A stretch of 64,000 nt of DNA from Clostridia bacterium (GTDB lineage: Bacteria > Bacillota > Clostridia > Christensenellales > UBA1242): positions 14,875-78,874 of the forward strand of contig JAZSRL010000009.1 in NCBI GenBank assembly GCA_045538455.1, in the 5' to 3' direction. Of the stretch, positions 1 to 9,519 are shown in pieces (position 1 is the stretch's first letter; every line of letters begins with the position of its first letter). The translations under genes were made by a program, and so were the position numbers. Under the pieces are notes generated by a model, which was not told the DNA's origin, did not search any database, and was given only the letters and a program-made list of their open reading frames with translations.

Positions 1-299
1 TAATCGGCCAACAGACCGGATTCAATCACTGTGATAAAATCGGCAGGCTCGCGACCAAAAAGTTGCACCACCTGTCGCACCCCGTCTCTGTGTTCGGTTT
101 TTAACATGCCAATTGTCTTTGCATTATCACGCACTAGCGCAGTGGCGTTAATCATTTCGGTCCAAACTTCGCGTGCGCCACATTCCATTAAGACCGCACG
201 AAAAGCGTAGTCCGTCCAGCCAGCTAAGGGTGCCGCCAAAATTTGTGGCTCACACGGAACGCACTTTGGTGTTTGGTTTGACGGACTGCTTAGTTTCAT
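1..299 (-). CDS. dus: tRNA-dihydrouridine synthase, N-terminal part (gene runs off the left edge)
   Basis: My own minus-strand translation from the ATG at 299 gives MKLSSPSNQTPKCVPCEPQILAAPLAGWTDYAFRAVLMECGAREVWTEMINATALVRD... and stays open to position 1. LAPxAGxTDxxFR is the conserved Dus N-terminal signature. It is absent from the ORF track because there is no stop in the window. It overlaps the 3' end of the transporter gene by about 50 nt. Confidence 0.6.
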   Translation of the reverse strand, partial: MKLSSPSNQTPKCVPCEPQILAAPLAGWTDYAFRAVLMECGAREVWTEMINATALVRDNAKTIGMLKTEHRDGVRQVVQLFGREPADFITVIESGLLAD

Positions 300-1656
300 C
301 TTGATAAGATACCACATTGTCACGGGCTTTGTCTTGATATTTCCCAAACAAAAACCACGCAATCACAGCCGACACGGTCACCCCGCCCACCAGTAACCAA
401 CCCAGTGCCGTACTAACATGCAAAGTCTGGGTCGCGATACCACTTTGAAAACCCACCCAATCCAACATCAAACCCACTAAAAAAGTCACGACCGCATTCG
501 TACATTTGGTACAAAATGTTAAAAACCCCGTTGCCATCGCAGTGCTTTCACTTTTAATGTTGTCGGCAAACATACTAATCGGCAGTGAATAAATACAGCC
601 AACTCCACTGCTAATAATAAAAATATTCAACGCCAACAACCACAGCACACAGTTATGTGGCAAAAAAATACGCGCCGTGAGTAATAAAGCAAAACCAGTC
701 ACTCCCAGCAGAACCACCCACAAGGCTGTTTGTATCGTATTTTTTTTACCAATGCGGTTGCTCACAAAACACCACAAGGGTTGCCCGGCAATCACGCCCA
801 CAACCAAGCAACCCAGCACAAAAGAAATTTGCCACGATGTGAAATGAAAAGTGTAGGTAAAAACATGCATACCCAAAGTGGTTAAAAACGCACTACACGA
901 TAACGCAATCGCGTAAGCCGCAATTAAAAAAACATTGTTGCGGTTGTCCAAAACGGCAAAGAACTCGCCCAGCACGGAAACTTTCTTAGCGGACGGCAAG
1001 ACACTTTGTGGTTGTGTGGTAGGTTGGGTACGAAAATGCCGTGTACCGAAAATTGCAAGCAAACCAGTTAACAAACACAGACAACTGGTAATCAAAGCAA
1101 TCAAGTGATAGCCCCCCGCCGCGGTATGCATAGTCGCCAGCATCTTGGGATTTAAAACCAAACCCATTAACAATGACGGCACCATGAGTGAAGCGGATTG
1201 AAACACAGTTTTGTAACTTTGAATACTGGTGCGTTCGTGATAAGTTTGACTCATGTCAAAACCGAGCGCGGCGTACGGTGTAGAATAAACAGTATTGAAT
1301 GTTTCAATCAGTAACAGGATACCCAACAACGCTAAAAATTTAATGGTTTCGTTCCAGGCGGGATTAATGCCCCAAATTAACAAATTCAAAAAGGCAACAC
1401 CTAAACAACCCACAAACATGAACAAGTGACGCTTACCCAAACGGCCGCGGTAATTATCCGATAAGGCGCCAACCAATGGGTCCGTAACTGCGTCCCAAAC
1501 GGTTGAAATTGCTATGGCCAAACCCATTAAAGTTCCTGACAAACCCAAAATTCCCGTGCCAAAAAACATGAGAAAATTATTGAGCATCTGGTTAACCGTG
1601 CCATAACCAAAAGCACCAACGCCGTAAGCTAACTTGTCACGCTGCGTCACTTTCAT
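250..1656 (-). CDS. GPH/MFS-type sugar:cation symporter family permease
   Basis: 468-aa ORF with about 12 hydrophobic segments. DAVTDPLVGALSDN...RLGKR is typical of glycoside-pentoside-hexuronide transporters. It ends in a TGA stop. Confidence 0.7.
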   Translation of the reverse strand: MKVTQRDKLAYGVGAFGYGTVNQMLNNFLMFFGTGILGLSGTLMGLAIAISTVWDAVTDPLVGALSDNYRGRLGKRHLFMFVGCLGVAFLNLLIWGINPAWNETIKFLALLGILLLIETFNTVYSTPYAALGFDMSQTYHERTSIQSYKTVFQSASLMVPSLLMGLVLNPKMLATMHTAAGGYHLIALITSCLCLLTGLLAIFGTRHFRTQPTTQPQSVLPSAKKVSVLGEFFAVLDNRNNVFLIAAYAIALSCSAFLTTLGMHVFTYTFHFTSWQISFVLGCLVVGVIAGQPLWCFVSNRIGKKNTIQTALWVVLLGVTGFALLLTARIFLPHNCVLWLLALNIFIISSGVGCIYSLPISMFADNIKSESTAMATGFLTFCTKCTNAVVTFLVGLMLDWVGFQSGIATQTLHVSTALGWLLVGGVTVSAVIAWFLFGKYQDKARDNVVSYQDETKQSVKPNTKVRSV

Positions 1657-1713
1657 CTGTTAATATTCTATTTGCTAAAAATGTAATTTATCAGCATACT
1701 ATATATAAATCTT

Positions 1714-2211
1714 ATGGGGACAAATACAGACAAACCAAAGTTTGATTTGATTACGGCTTCGCGTACAAAGAAGTATCGCATTATTACCGCTGTCGTTTTG
1801 GTTTTTGGGTTATTGTTAATGGGTTTGGGATTATTACTACGCGGATTTGTAACGGAAACCAAGGCCCCGAACGATTTACAAATTAGTGAGTTATCCGGCT
1901 TAAACTACGGCAATTATACTTGTAACATTACCACAGACCAAAGTTTTATTTTGCGTACAGGCACTGAAATGGACCAAGCGTTATCCACCCCGATTACATT
2001 TAAAGTTTATGGCGGCGCCGAACAATTTTTAGAAGTTCAAGACATGCACCATAATCCGATTACGCGCGCTTTCCATCCTGGTATGTTTTATTTACATGTG
2101 CGCACTAACTGCCCAGAGTTTACCGAATACAATGAACGACCAACGGGTAAACTACTCATCACTTGCGGTTCTTTCAGCAAGGAAATTACTTTCACTTACT
2201 ATAAAAATTAA
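1714..2211 (+). CDS. hypothetical membrane-anchored protein
   Basis: 165-aa ORF with one N-terminal hydrophobic segment (IITAVVLVFGLLLMGLGLLL). No recognisable motif. Confidence 0.5.
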   Translation: MGTNTDKPKFDLITASRTKKYRIITAVVLVFGLLLMGLGLLLRGFVTETKAPNDLQISELSGLNYGNYTCNITTDQSFILRTGTEMDQALSTPITFKVYGGAEQFLEVQDMHHNPITRAFHPGMFYLHVRTNCPEFTEYNERPTGKLLITCGSFSKEITFTYYKN

Positions 2212-2259
2212 TCCGACATTTTTTGCATATTGTGCTATGTAAACCCATAGATATGGACT

Positions 2260-3009
2260 ATGAAACGCAAAAAATTTTTCAACAAAAAAGTTTGGCTGGG
2301 CATTGGTATTGTAGCCTTAGCCGCCGTCATTAGTATTATTGGTATCATAAATTTTAGCCGTGGAGATACTTACCAAATGGCGCTGGAAAACATCGCCGAA
2401 GCTCGCTTTTACTTAAAAACCGCCGGCACTGATAACCCGATTGGCAATGTTCAATTATACAGCGGTATCCGCGAAACCGATTATCAAGCGGACGGTATTG
2501 CCACACCAACAGTCGCTTTTACCGTTTTATCAGTCGAACCAACTAACGACAAAATTGTTTACAATGGCTGCATCACAACCGTAATCCAAATTGATGACCA
2601 AGCGCCCAAGACTTTGGTTTTGGAAAAAAATCCTTACGGCAATAATTACGCAGGTGACTTAGAAAACGCGTTAGATGTGAATGCCAAAGTTTCTGTGACC
2701 TTTCAAGCTAACGGCGAAACCATTGGCACCGTTGACTTAAACCCTGTCATGCCCGCAGAAGCAATCAGCTGGGAAACCGCTTTGGAAATTGCGTGCCAAG
2801 CTTTGAACGGTGTAATTAGTACGGACACACGCATGGAAAGTTCGACCAAAATTTTATGCGATAACAGCACAATTAATACACCCTACTGGTTTGTCTCATT
2901 CGTCACCGAAACCGGCAACCGTCATTTTGTGGTCATCAGCCATGATGGTAAAGTTATTGGTACCAGCGAAAAAACCGCAGATGAAATACCTGCGGAAAAA
3001 GTTGCTTAA
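2260..3009 (+). CDS. hypothetical membrane-anchored or secreted protein
   Basis: 249-aa ORF with an N-terminal basic stretch plus a hydrophobic segment (KKVWLGIGIVALAAVISIIGII). Confidence 0.5.
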   Translation: MKRKKFFNKKVWLGIGIVALAAVISIIGIINFSRGDTYQMALENIAEARFYLKTAGTDNPIGNVQLYSGIRETDYQADGIATPTVAFTVLSVEPTNDKIVYNGCITTVIQIDDQAPKTLVLEKNPYGNNYAGDLENALDVNAKVSVTFQANGETIGTVDLNPVMPAEAISWETALEIACQALNGVISTDTRMESSTKILCDNSTINTPYWFVSFVTETGNRHFVVISHDGKVIGTSEKTADEIPAEKVA

Positions 3010-3019
3010 TTCATCAACC

Positions 3020-3958
3020 TTAAATATTTAACCACAAGAATGCATAGCCTACCAACAAACTTACGGTTAATAACCAACCAATTACAAAGAATTTTTCACG
3101 CCATAATTTCTTTTGGCGTAACAAGAAAATAATCCCCAAACCAGCATTGACACATAATCCACCCAACAAAGCGCTAAAAGTCAAACCGCCGACCAAATAA
3201 AATTCCGTCAAAACTACACTCGCGGCACAATTCGGAATTAAACCAACAAAAACAGCTAATAACGGTTGTAACCAGATATTCGCATTCAAGAACGCAGTTA
3301 AGCGGTCATGACCAACCCAAACATCAGCAATGCAACCAAACAAGAAACTAACCGCAAAAATGAAAATCCAAATTTTCAAACTGTGCAGTAAAGGGTGTTT
3401 CCAGTCAAAATGTTTTTCATCCACACTATGATGACAACAGCCGTTATGCAAAACATGTGCATGTTCTTCATGTTCCACAGTCGTTTCTTTGACCGCGTCT
3501 TGATTATCATTGTGAGCATGACGGCAAGCGAGTTCTGTCATCACAGGCGAACGGCGATAAAACAAACGGAAGGTCCAATTCGCCAAATAACCAACCACAA
3601 TCGCGATAACAATTTTAGCAACTAGCAATACAACAATCGCTAACCAGTTTTCTGGATGCGCCATTAACAACGGCAAAGCTTCATCACTGGTTGCCACAAA
3701 AATCGACAATAACGCACCAATCGGAATGATACCATGCGTGAACAAATCGGTCGCTACAACCGAAAAACCACACTGTGGCACAGAGCCAACCAAAGCACCT
3801 AAAATCGGACTGGCTTTCCCCCGCAATAAATGGTTATTGTGTATCTTATTTGCCCATTTATCTTCAATGAATTCAATCAAGAAATAAACCACCAATAAAA
3901 TCGGCAAGGCCTTGCTGCTGTCAATTAAAGCTTCTAAAAATACTTCCCAATAAGCCAT
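3020..3958 (-). CDS. multi-pass membrane protein with a His/Cys-rich loop (putative metal-ion permease)
   Basis: 312-aa ORF with many TM segments and a central loop HAHNDNQDAVKETTVEHEEHAHVLHNGCCHHSVDEKHFDWKH. The family assignment (ArsP_2-like) is from memory only. Confidence 0.45.
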   Translation of the reverse strand: MAYWEVFLEALIDSSKALPILLVVYFLIEFIEDKWANKIHNNHLLRGKASPILGALVGSVPQCGFSVVATDLFTHGIIPIGALLSIFVATSDEALPLLMAHPENWLAIVVLLVAKIVIAIVVGYLANWTFRLFYRRSPVMTELACRHAHNDNQDAVKETTVEHEEHAHVLHNGCCHHSVDEKHFDWKHPLLHSLKIWIFIFAVSFLFGCIADVWVGHDRLTAFLNANIWLQPLLAVFVGLIPNCAASVVLTEFYLVGGLTFSALLGGLCVNAGLGIIFLLRQKKLWREKFFVIGWLLTVSLLVGYAFLWLNI

Positions 3959-4051
3959 TGTGCAATATTATAAAATTAAATGCCCAAAATCACAAGGGCA
4001 AATTTATCGACATTTTTATACATTGGAACACATTCTCTTGCTACTTGTTTG

Positions 4052-4126
4052 TGGTCGGAGCGGCGGGAATTGAACCCACGACCTCAAGCCCCCCAGACTT
4101 GCGCGATACCACTACGCTACGCCCCG
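4052..4126 (-). tRNA. tRNA-Pro (anticodon GGG)
   Basis: The reverse complement folds by hand as a cloverleaf: acceptor CGGGGCG/CGCTCCG, anticodon stem CAAGT/GCTTG, loop CTGGGGG, T-arm GTGGG-TTCAATT-CCCGC, with an encoded CCA. Confidence 0.85.
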
Positions 4127-4175
4127 AATATGTTTAAACATTATCAACGGTATCTGGACGCCGCAGGTGGACAGC

Positions 4176-4196
4176 TACCACTACGCTACGCCCCGA
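4176..4196 (-). repeat. 21-nt exact duplicate of the tRNA-Pro 5' end (truncated tRNA remnant)
   Basis: TACCACTACGCTACGCCCCGA occurs at 4107-4127 (inside the tRNA) and again at 4176-4196. The second copy has no T-arm or acceptor 3' strand downstream. Confidence 0.7.
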
Positions 4197-4242
4197 TTAG
4201 ATAACGCTTCATCGTAACATAAGGCGCTGAAAACTTCAACCG

Positions 4243-4977
4243 TTAATATTCGACATTGTACAAGGTCAGTCCTTTGGCGGGCGCGGTCTTGCCAGCACGG
4301 CGGCGGTCACACGATTTTAACACCGCTTGCACATCGGACTTTTCCAACAAAGTTCCCACGATAATCCGCACCATATTATGTAAAAATCCGTTGCCACGAA
4401 TCACAAACCAAATCTCATGCGGTGTCGGTGTTTGAATGTCAAGACTGTAAATTGTCCGTATCGGACTCTTATCACGCAACTCGGCACAGAACGCAGTAAA
4501 ATCATGTGTACCCACCAAAACTTGGGCTTGGGTGCGCAGGCGTTCGATATCAACTGGTTTATAAAGTTGCCAATGGTCAACATCCATGGACGGATGACGA
4601 GTCGGCGAAACATAACATTTATAAATGTAAGTCTTGGCTTTGGCATCACTGCGCGCGTTAAATTTAGGTAAAATTTCCGCCGCCGTCACCGCGATATCGG
4701 ACGGTAAGTAACTGTTGACGCCCAACAAAAACTGATAGATTTTCACATCTTCGCGCGGACACAAACAAGACACAACCTGCCCGACCGCATGCACACCGGC
4801 ATCGGTACGACCGCTACCGACAACTTTTACCGGCACAGCAAAATAACGCGAAATCGCTTTTTCTAATTCGTGCTGAATAGTGCGTTGCCCAATTTGTGTT
4901 TGGAAACCCGCATACTTGGTACCAATATATTCACATTGAATTTTTAAATGCACACCGCAGTTTAACACATCGTCCAA
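4243..4977 (-). CDS. truA: tRNA pseudouridine(38-40) synthase
   Basis: 244 aa, with the catalytic GSGRTDAGVHA motif and TruA-like length and layout. Confidence 0.9.
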   Translation of the reverse strand: MDDVLNCGVHLKIQCEYIGTKYAGFQTQIGQRTIQHELEKAISRYFAVPVKVVGSGRTDAGVHAVGQVVSCLCPREDVKIYQFLLGVNSYLPSDIAVTAAEILPKFNARSDAKAKTYIYKCYVSPTRHPSMDVDHWQLYKPVDIERLRTQAQVLVGTHDFTAFCAELRDKSPIRTIYSLDIQTPTPHEIWFVIRGNGFLHNMVRIIVGTLLEKSDVQAVLKSCDRRRAGKTAPAKGLTLYNVEY

Positions 4978-4988
4978 GTGGTCGGCAA

Positions 4989-6053
4989 TTATGATTTTAT
5001 TAAAATGCCGCCGCCTAAGACGATGTCGTCTTGGTACAGCACCGCCGCTTGTCCAGGCGTTACCGCGCGTTGTGGCTCGTCAAAAATAATTTGCACTTGG
5101 TCGGCGGATATAATCTGTACGGTCGCGGGTTGTTCTTTTTGATTATAACGAATTTTGACATGACAGCGGAAAGTCTTTTCGTGCGGCGCGCCATTAATCC
5201 AATGAAATTCGTTAGCTGTGGCTTGACTTTGCAATAAGCCATCGCGTTCACACAAACAAACTGTGTTATTCGCAGGACAAATCGAGCGCACATACAAACG
5301 CTGTGCCGCCGAAATATTCAAGCCTTTGCGTTGTCCCACTGTGTAATGAATAATACCGCGGTGCTGTCCTAATACTTTGCCGTCCGCATCTACAAAGTTC
5401 CCACAAGGATAAGTCTTGCCCGTGTAATTTTGAATCACAGCCGCATAATCGCCGTTCGGCACGAAGCAGATATCTTGACTTTCTTTTTTGTCGGCGTTCG
5501 CGAAACCATGTTTGGCTGCCAAAGCCCGTACTTGTGTTTTGGTTAATGCTCCTAATGGAAACTGGGTACGCGCCAGTTGTTCCGCGGATAAATGGTACAA
5601 GAAATAGCTTTGGTCTTTGCTGACATCTACTGCTTTTTTTAAATAATATTGCTCCCCGCTTTTTTCAATCCGTGCATAATGTCCAGTCACAATCACTTCA
5701 CACCCCAAATCACGCGCGCAGTCGTACAAGCGGTCAAACTTCATATAACGGTTACAATCAATGCACGGGTTAGGTGTTATCCCTTGTTCATAGCTTTGAA
5801 TAAATTTATCAATCACATGGCTTTTAAAATCCGCGGTAAAATCAAACACATGAAAAGGTACCTGTAAGCGTTTCGCAACTGCGCGTGCATCGGCGACATC
5901 TTGATTGCTGCCACAGGTTTCCGCCGCCGCATCGCCACGCAACAACATGGTACACCCAATGCGTTCATAACCTGCTTCCCCAGCCAACAACGCTGCGACA
6001 CTGGAATCCACGCCGCCACTCATCGCAATCAACGCTTTCTTTTTCATTTTCAT
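4989..6053 (-). CDS. mnmA: tRNA 2-thiouridine(34) synthase
   Basis: PP-loop ALIAMSGGVDSSVAA, plus the CIDCN and QSYFL motifs. I chose the start at MKMKKK. The ORF is open up to 6101, but that start would overlap the upstream stop. Confidence 0.9.
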   Translation of the reverse strand: MKMKKKALIAMSGGVDSSVAALLAGEAGYERIGCTMLLRGDAAAETCGSNQDVADARAVAKRLQVPFHVFDFTADFKSHVIDKFIQSYEQGITPNPCIDCNRYMKFDRLYDCARDLGCEVIVTGHYARIEKSGEQYYLKKAVDVSKDQSYFLYHLSAEQLARTQFPLGALTKTQVRALAAKHGFANADKKESQDICFVPNGDYAAVIQNYTGKTYPCGNFVDADGKVLGQHRGIIHYTVGQRKGLNISAAQRLYVRSICPANNTVCLCERDGLLQSQATANEFHWINGAPHEKTFRCHVKIRYNQKEQPATVQIISADQVQIIFDEPQRAVTPGQAAVLYQDDIVLGGGILIKS

Positions 6054-6100
6054 TGGTTTAATTATATAAGTAAGCCCGTAATTTGTAAATAATACAGACA

Positions 6101-7873
6101 CTATAATTCAATGCCGAGTTCTTGTGCTGTTTGTTGGGTCTGCTTCCCTGCCATAGCTAAGATAGAGTTTTTCTCTGGTGAAGTTAAAACTTGGACTTCG
6201 GGCAAGAGATATTCGACACCCAAGAAATCATTTTGCTTTAAGTACGCAATCGCATCTTCCAAAGAGTTAGCATTGTTCAGCGTATCCACCATTTCTTCAA
6301 AAGTCGGTACTTGCACATACTGCATTTTATATTTGTTACACATCTCTAATGCTTGCTTTTTAATTTTATATAAATCCACGAGCGTGGCTTTTTGTCCGTT
6401 GGTTAAATAGTTCATGTGCGGTAAAAAGTCGCTCACCTGGTAATCGCAGCGGTCCATAATTTTTAAAACCGACGGAAAACTCTGGTCACATTGTTCTAAA
6501 TCCGTGATGCATTGTTGAAACAATACATGGCGGTCTGCTTGCGGCAAAGATTTATTTTCTTGTGCGATGCGCAGAATTAACTTTTGTTCATCTGTTAAAA
6601 ATTTTAATTGTGACACAATAGCAGCTGTGTGTTGATAGTCGTACTTTTCACAAATTATCATGACTTCTTTAAATTTGGTAGCATTGCTCAATTCACGCGC
6701 GACAACTTCTGGTGAAACCGGAACATGAATTTGCTTAGCTAAATCTAACTTTTTTTGTTCGCGTAAAAAATTGAAATCGTTTTTACGCAACATAGATTCG
6801 CGTAGCATATTTTTGGATAATTTTTTATGTCCGTAGCTGTTGATAATAGACTTAAAATCACTGGTGAATTCCTGCCAATAATCATTGGGAAGATACTTGT
6901 CTGCTTGGAAATTTTGAAGACTATTTTCCACGCCTTTACACAAAGCCCATGCCATCATCTGCGAAACACAATCGGCATTAGACGAACGATGTGGCACATC
7001 GTCAATGATGGTCGGCTGTAAATTCCAATCGTGGTCTCTGGCAGTAACTGCAATCATATGGTCATTATTTTTGCGATTTGGTTGATTGCTGTCAAAAAAA
7101 GTATTAACTAAACCGCTGGAAATAATTTGAATACTCTGCGCCGTAGCTTTATCGTTTGTGCTGCCATAAAAAGTTCCTGGTGCGTCTTGATGCAAATGAA
7201 TACCGTTTAGCTGGTCAAATTGACTTTCGGTGATGACACCACCAAATCTCAGCGCGTAAAGATGCCTCATACCGACAACACCATCATGTTGGCTAAGCAC
7301 GCGTACGCTAGGAATGCGGTTATACATGACATTTTCGGGAGCATATGACACTTCTAAACTCGCACGGTTAATCGCATAGATTTCATCCGCTTCATAACCG
7401 ACATCGGCCAATTTTTGATTTAAAGTGCCAATCACTTTGACTAATTCTTGATTACCCGCGCAGAAGGTAAAGAAAGTAATCCGCGACATGTTTTGCTTGG
7501 CTTGCTGTAAATTCAAGCGTTGCCCCCTACCATCGACCAGCAATGAAAATATGCCATTCGCAATTTGTTCCACCGCCGATTCATCCAGGCAACCGATATT
7601 TTTTGATAATCGAGCATATTTAACCCCTAGAATATCAACATGGTCAAAAAGATGATAATCTTGTTTGGGCGTAAACATCAAACCCAAATAATTTTCCACC
7701 ATTTTGGCTAAACCATTCGCATCTTCATTTGTCAAAGTGGCATTTCCGGAAAAACACAAAACTGTTGGTTTTTCAAATTTTAAATTGTCTAAATCAAGTA
7801 ATTCCCAATGGTTTTCGGCATTTAAATTGCGTTTCCCAATTTCCACGGTTGATTGATTGTTTTCTTGTGTCAT
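6101..7873 (-). CDS. hypothetical protein, paralog A (shared ~340-aa N-domain plus three C-terminal repeats)
   Basis: 590 aa with no TM segment or signal peptide. The N-terminal ~340 aa are colinear with the 23040-24143 product (VEIGKRNLNAENHWELLDL..., NADCVSQMMAWALCKGVENSLQNFQA). It ends in ...ELGIEL. Confidence 0.75.
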   Translation of the reverse strand: MTQENNQSTVEIGKRNLNAENHWELLDLDNLKFEKPTVLCFSGNATLTNEDANGLAKMVENYLGLMFTPKQDYHLFDHVDILGVKYARLSKNIGCLDESAVEQIANGIFSLLVDGRGQRLNLQQAKQNMSRITFFTFCAGNQELVKVIGTLNQKLADVGYEADEIYAINRASLEVSYAPENVMYNRIPSVRVLSQHDGVVGMRHLYALRFGGVITESQFDQLNGIHLHQDAPGTFYGSTNDKATAQSIQIISSGLVNTFFDSNQPNRKNNDHMIAVTARDHDWNLQPTIIDDVPHRSSNADCVSQMMAWALCKGVENSLQNFQADKYLPNDYWQEFTSDFKSIINSYGHKKLSKNMLRESMLRKNDFNFLREQKKLDLAKQIHVPVSPEVVARELSNATKFKEVMIICEKYDYQHTAAIVSQLKFLTDEQKLILRIAQENKSLPQADRHVLFQQCITDLEQCDQSFPSVLKIMDRCDYQVSDFLPHMNYLTNGQKATLVDLYKIKKQALEMCNKYKMQYVQVPTFEEMVDTLNNANSLEDAIAYLKQNDFLGVEYLLPEVQVLTSPEKNSILAMAGKQTQQTAQELGIEL

Positions 7874-7963
7874 ACTTTTATTATAACTGACGACAAAACA
7901 ATTATCAACAAATGATATAAAATCTTTAATGGCTTTTTTATTGATTTATGTTATATTTAATTA

Positions 7964-9016
7964 ATGAACGGGGATATATTGGCAAACTGTCCTAACTTTG
8001 ATTTAGGTACGGCGCTTGAAAGTTACATTCCGAATGACGCACAAGAAAAAAGTGATTTAATTGAAACAAAAAAGTTTCTAGCAAACAACACAAATTTATA
8101 TTCAAGAACTAATTTACAAGGACACATTACTGGTTCAGGTTTTTTATTTAATCAAGATTACAGCAAGGTATTGCTAACACATCACAAAATTTTAAATGAC
8201 TGGTTTCAATTTGGTGGACACAGCGATGGCGATGCGAACACATTAAGAGTTGCCTTGCGCGAAACTTTGGAAGAAAGTGGCTGTGATGAAATTATTACAT
8301 TAAACGATAAAATCTTTGATGTCGACTTGCAACATATTCCAGCTAACGAAAAGAAAAAGGAACCCGCCCATATTCATTATGATATTCGTTTTATTTTCCA
8401 AACAAACAATGAAAATTTTTGTATCTCCGACGAAAGTAACGAACTGCGTTGGTTCACCATGGAAGATTATGCCAAACTCCCCCAGACTGCTCCACGCCAC
8501 CGTTTCTTACAGAAATGGCGCGAATTACGCCACCAAGAATTTTGTCGCATCATGGATTTTCACTCGTACTTAATCAAGACAGCCAAGGAAGAAGGAATAC
8601 AAAAAATTGTCGCGGGTGGCATTGTTTTAAACAAACAACGCGAAATTTTGGTTTTAACGAGAAAACCCGACGACTTCTTGGGCGGCATTGACGAATTACC
8701 CAGTGGACATCTAGAAGACGGCGAAACATTATTGCAAGGCATGACGCGCGAAATTAAAGAAGAAACCGGTATGGATATCGCTCAAATTGAGTGTTATCTT
8801 GACCACTTTGATTATTTATCCGGTAGCGGTAAAAAGACTCGTCAATTTAATTTTGTCATTATCCCCAAAGATTGCCGCACCGTAACCCTAACCGAACATG
8901 ATGCTTACCAATGGCAAACTGCGGCACAAGCACTAGCCAATCCCAAAATTACCCCAGAAGTAAAAAAATGCATTCAACTTTTCCAACTCATCGAAAGTAT
9001 TAAACAGACTCATTAA
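7964..9016 (+). CDS. tandem-domain NUDIX hydrolase
   Basis: Two Nudix boxes: GGHSDGDANTLRVALRETLEESG and PSGHLEDGETLLQGMTREIKEETG. Confidence 0.85.
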   Translation: MNGDILANCPNFDLGTALESYIPNDAQEKSDLIETKKFLANNTNLYSRTNLQGHITGSGFLFNQDYSKVLLTHHKILNDWFQFGGHSDGDANTLRVALRETLEESGCDEIITLNDKIFDVDLQHIPANEKKKEPAHIHYDIRFIFQTNNENFCISDESNELRWFTMEDYAKLPQTAPRHRFLQKWRELRHQEFCRIMDFHSYLIKTAKEEGIQKIVAGGIVLNKQREILVLTRKPDDFLGGIDELPSGHLEDGETLLQGMTREIKEETGMDIAQIECYLDHFDYLSGSGKKTRQFNFVIIPKDCRTVTLTEHDAYQWQTAAQALANPKITPEVKKCIQLFQLIESIKQTH

Positions 9017-9048
9017 CTGCTTCATGGGTAAGAGCAAAATTTACTTTT

Positions 9049-9123
9049 TGGCAGGGGTAGCAGGATTCGAACCTACGAATGCGAGAGTCAAAGTCTCGTG
9101 CCTTACCGCTTGGCGACACCCCT
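9049..9123 (-). tRNA. tRNA-Gln (anticodon UUG)
   Basis: The reverse complement is AGGGGTGTCGCCAAGCGGTAAGGCACGAGACTTTGACTCTCG...GTAGGTTCGAATCCTGCTACCCCTGCCA. The anticodon loop is CTTTGAC. Confidence 0.9.
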
Positions 9124-9263
9124 TTGGTAACAATATGTATTATACATGACAGTATTCAATTTGTAAAGAATATAAATTAATCAGAAAATGTCCCCGCATT
9201 TTTGATTGTCATCGGCAGGTGATTGGCATTATATTATATTGTTCGCGTGCCACATGTGTACAC

Positions 9264-9337
9264 AGGGGTATGGCCAAGCGGTAAGGCAAATGGCTCTGAC
9301 CCATTGATCGTAGGTTCGAATCCTGCTACCCCTGCCA
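9264..9337 (+). tRNA. tRNA-Gln (anticodon CUG)
   Basis: AGGGGTATGGCCAAGCGGTAAGGCAAATGGCTCTGACCCATT...GTAGGTTCGAATCCTGCTACCCCTGCCA. The anticodon loop is CTCTGAC. Confidence 0.9.
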
Positions 9338-9519
9338 ATTCAATCCACATACACAATTATCCCTTGTTTGCTCAAATCGTTGATGGCAAATTTTTTATTG
9401 AGCCAATCACAACGGATAACTGCCCGCGTTCACAACAAGAACTGCTGTGGCGGTTATTTGTGGTGAAATCCGTTATCCACAAATCCGAACTGATTAACAT
9501 TAAATTTATTAAGAAATCT

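Noticed and set aside
3980-4204. 74-aa plus-strand ORF from the track
   Set aside because: It is antisense to tRNA-Pro and its duplicated 5' end, so it is not a plausible gene.
9471-9479. Perfect DnaA box TTATCCACA between tRNA-Gln and the island
   Set aside because: A single 9-mer match is expected by chance at roughly this frequency in 64 kb on two strands. It is isolated, with no cluster and no adjacent AT-rich unwinding element, and it lies 31 kb from dnaA.
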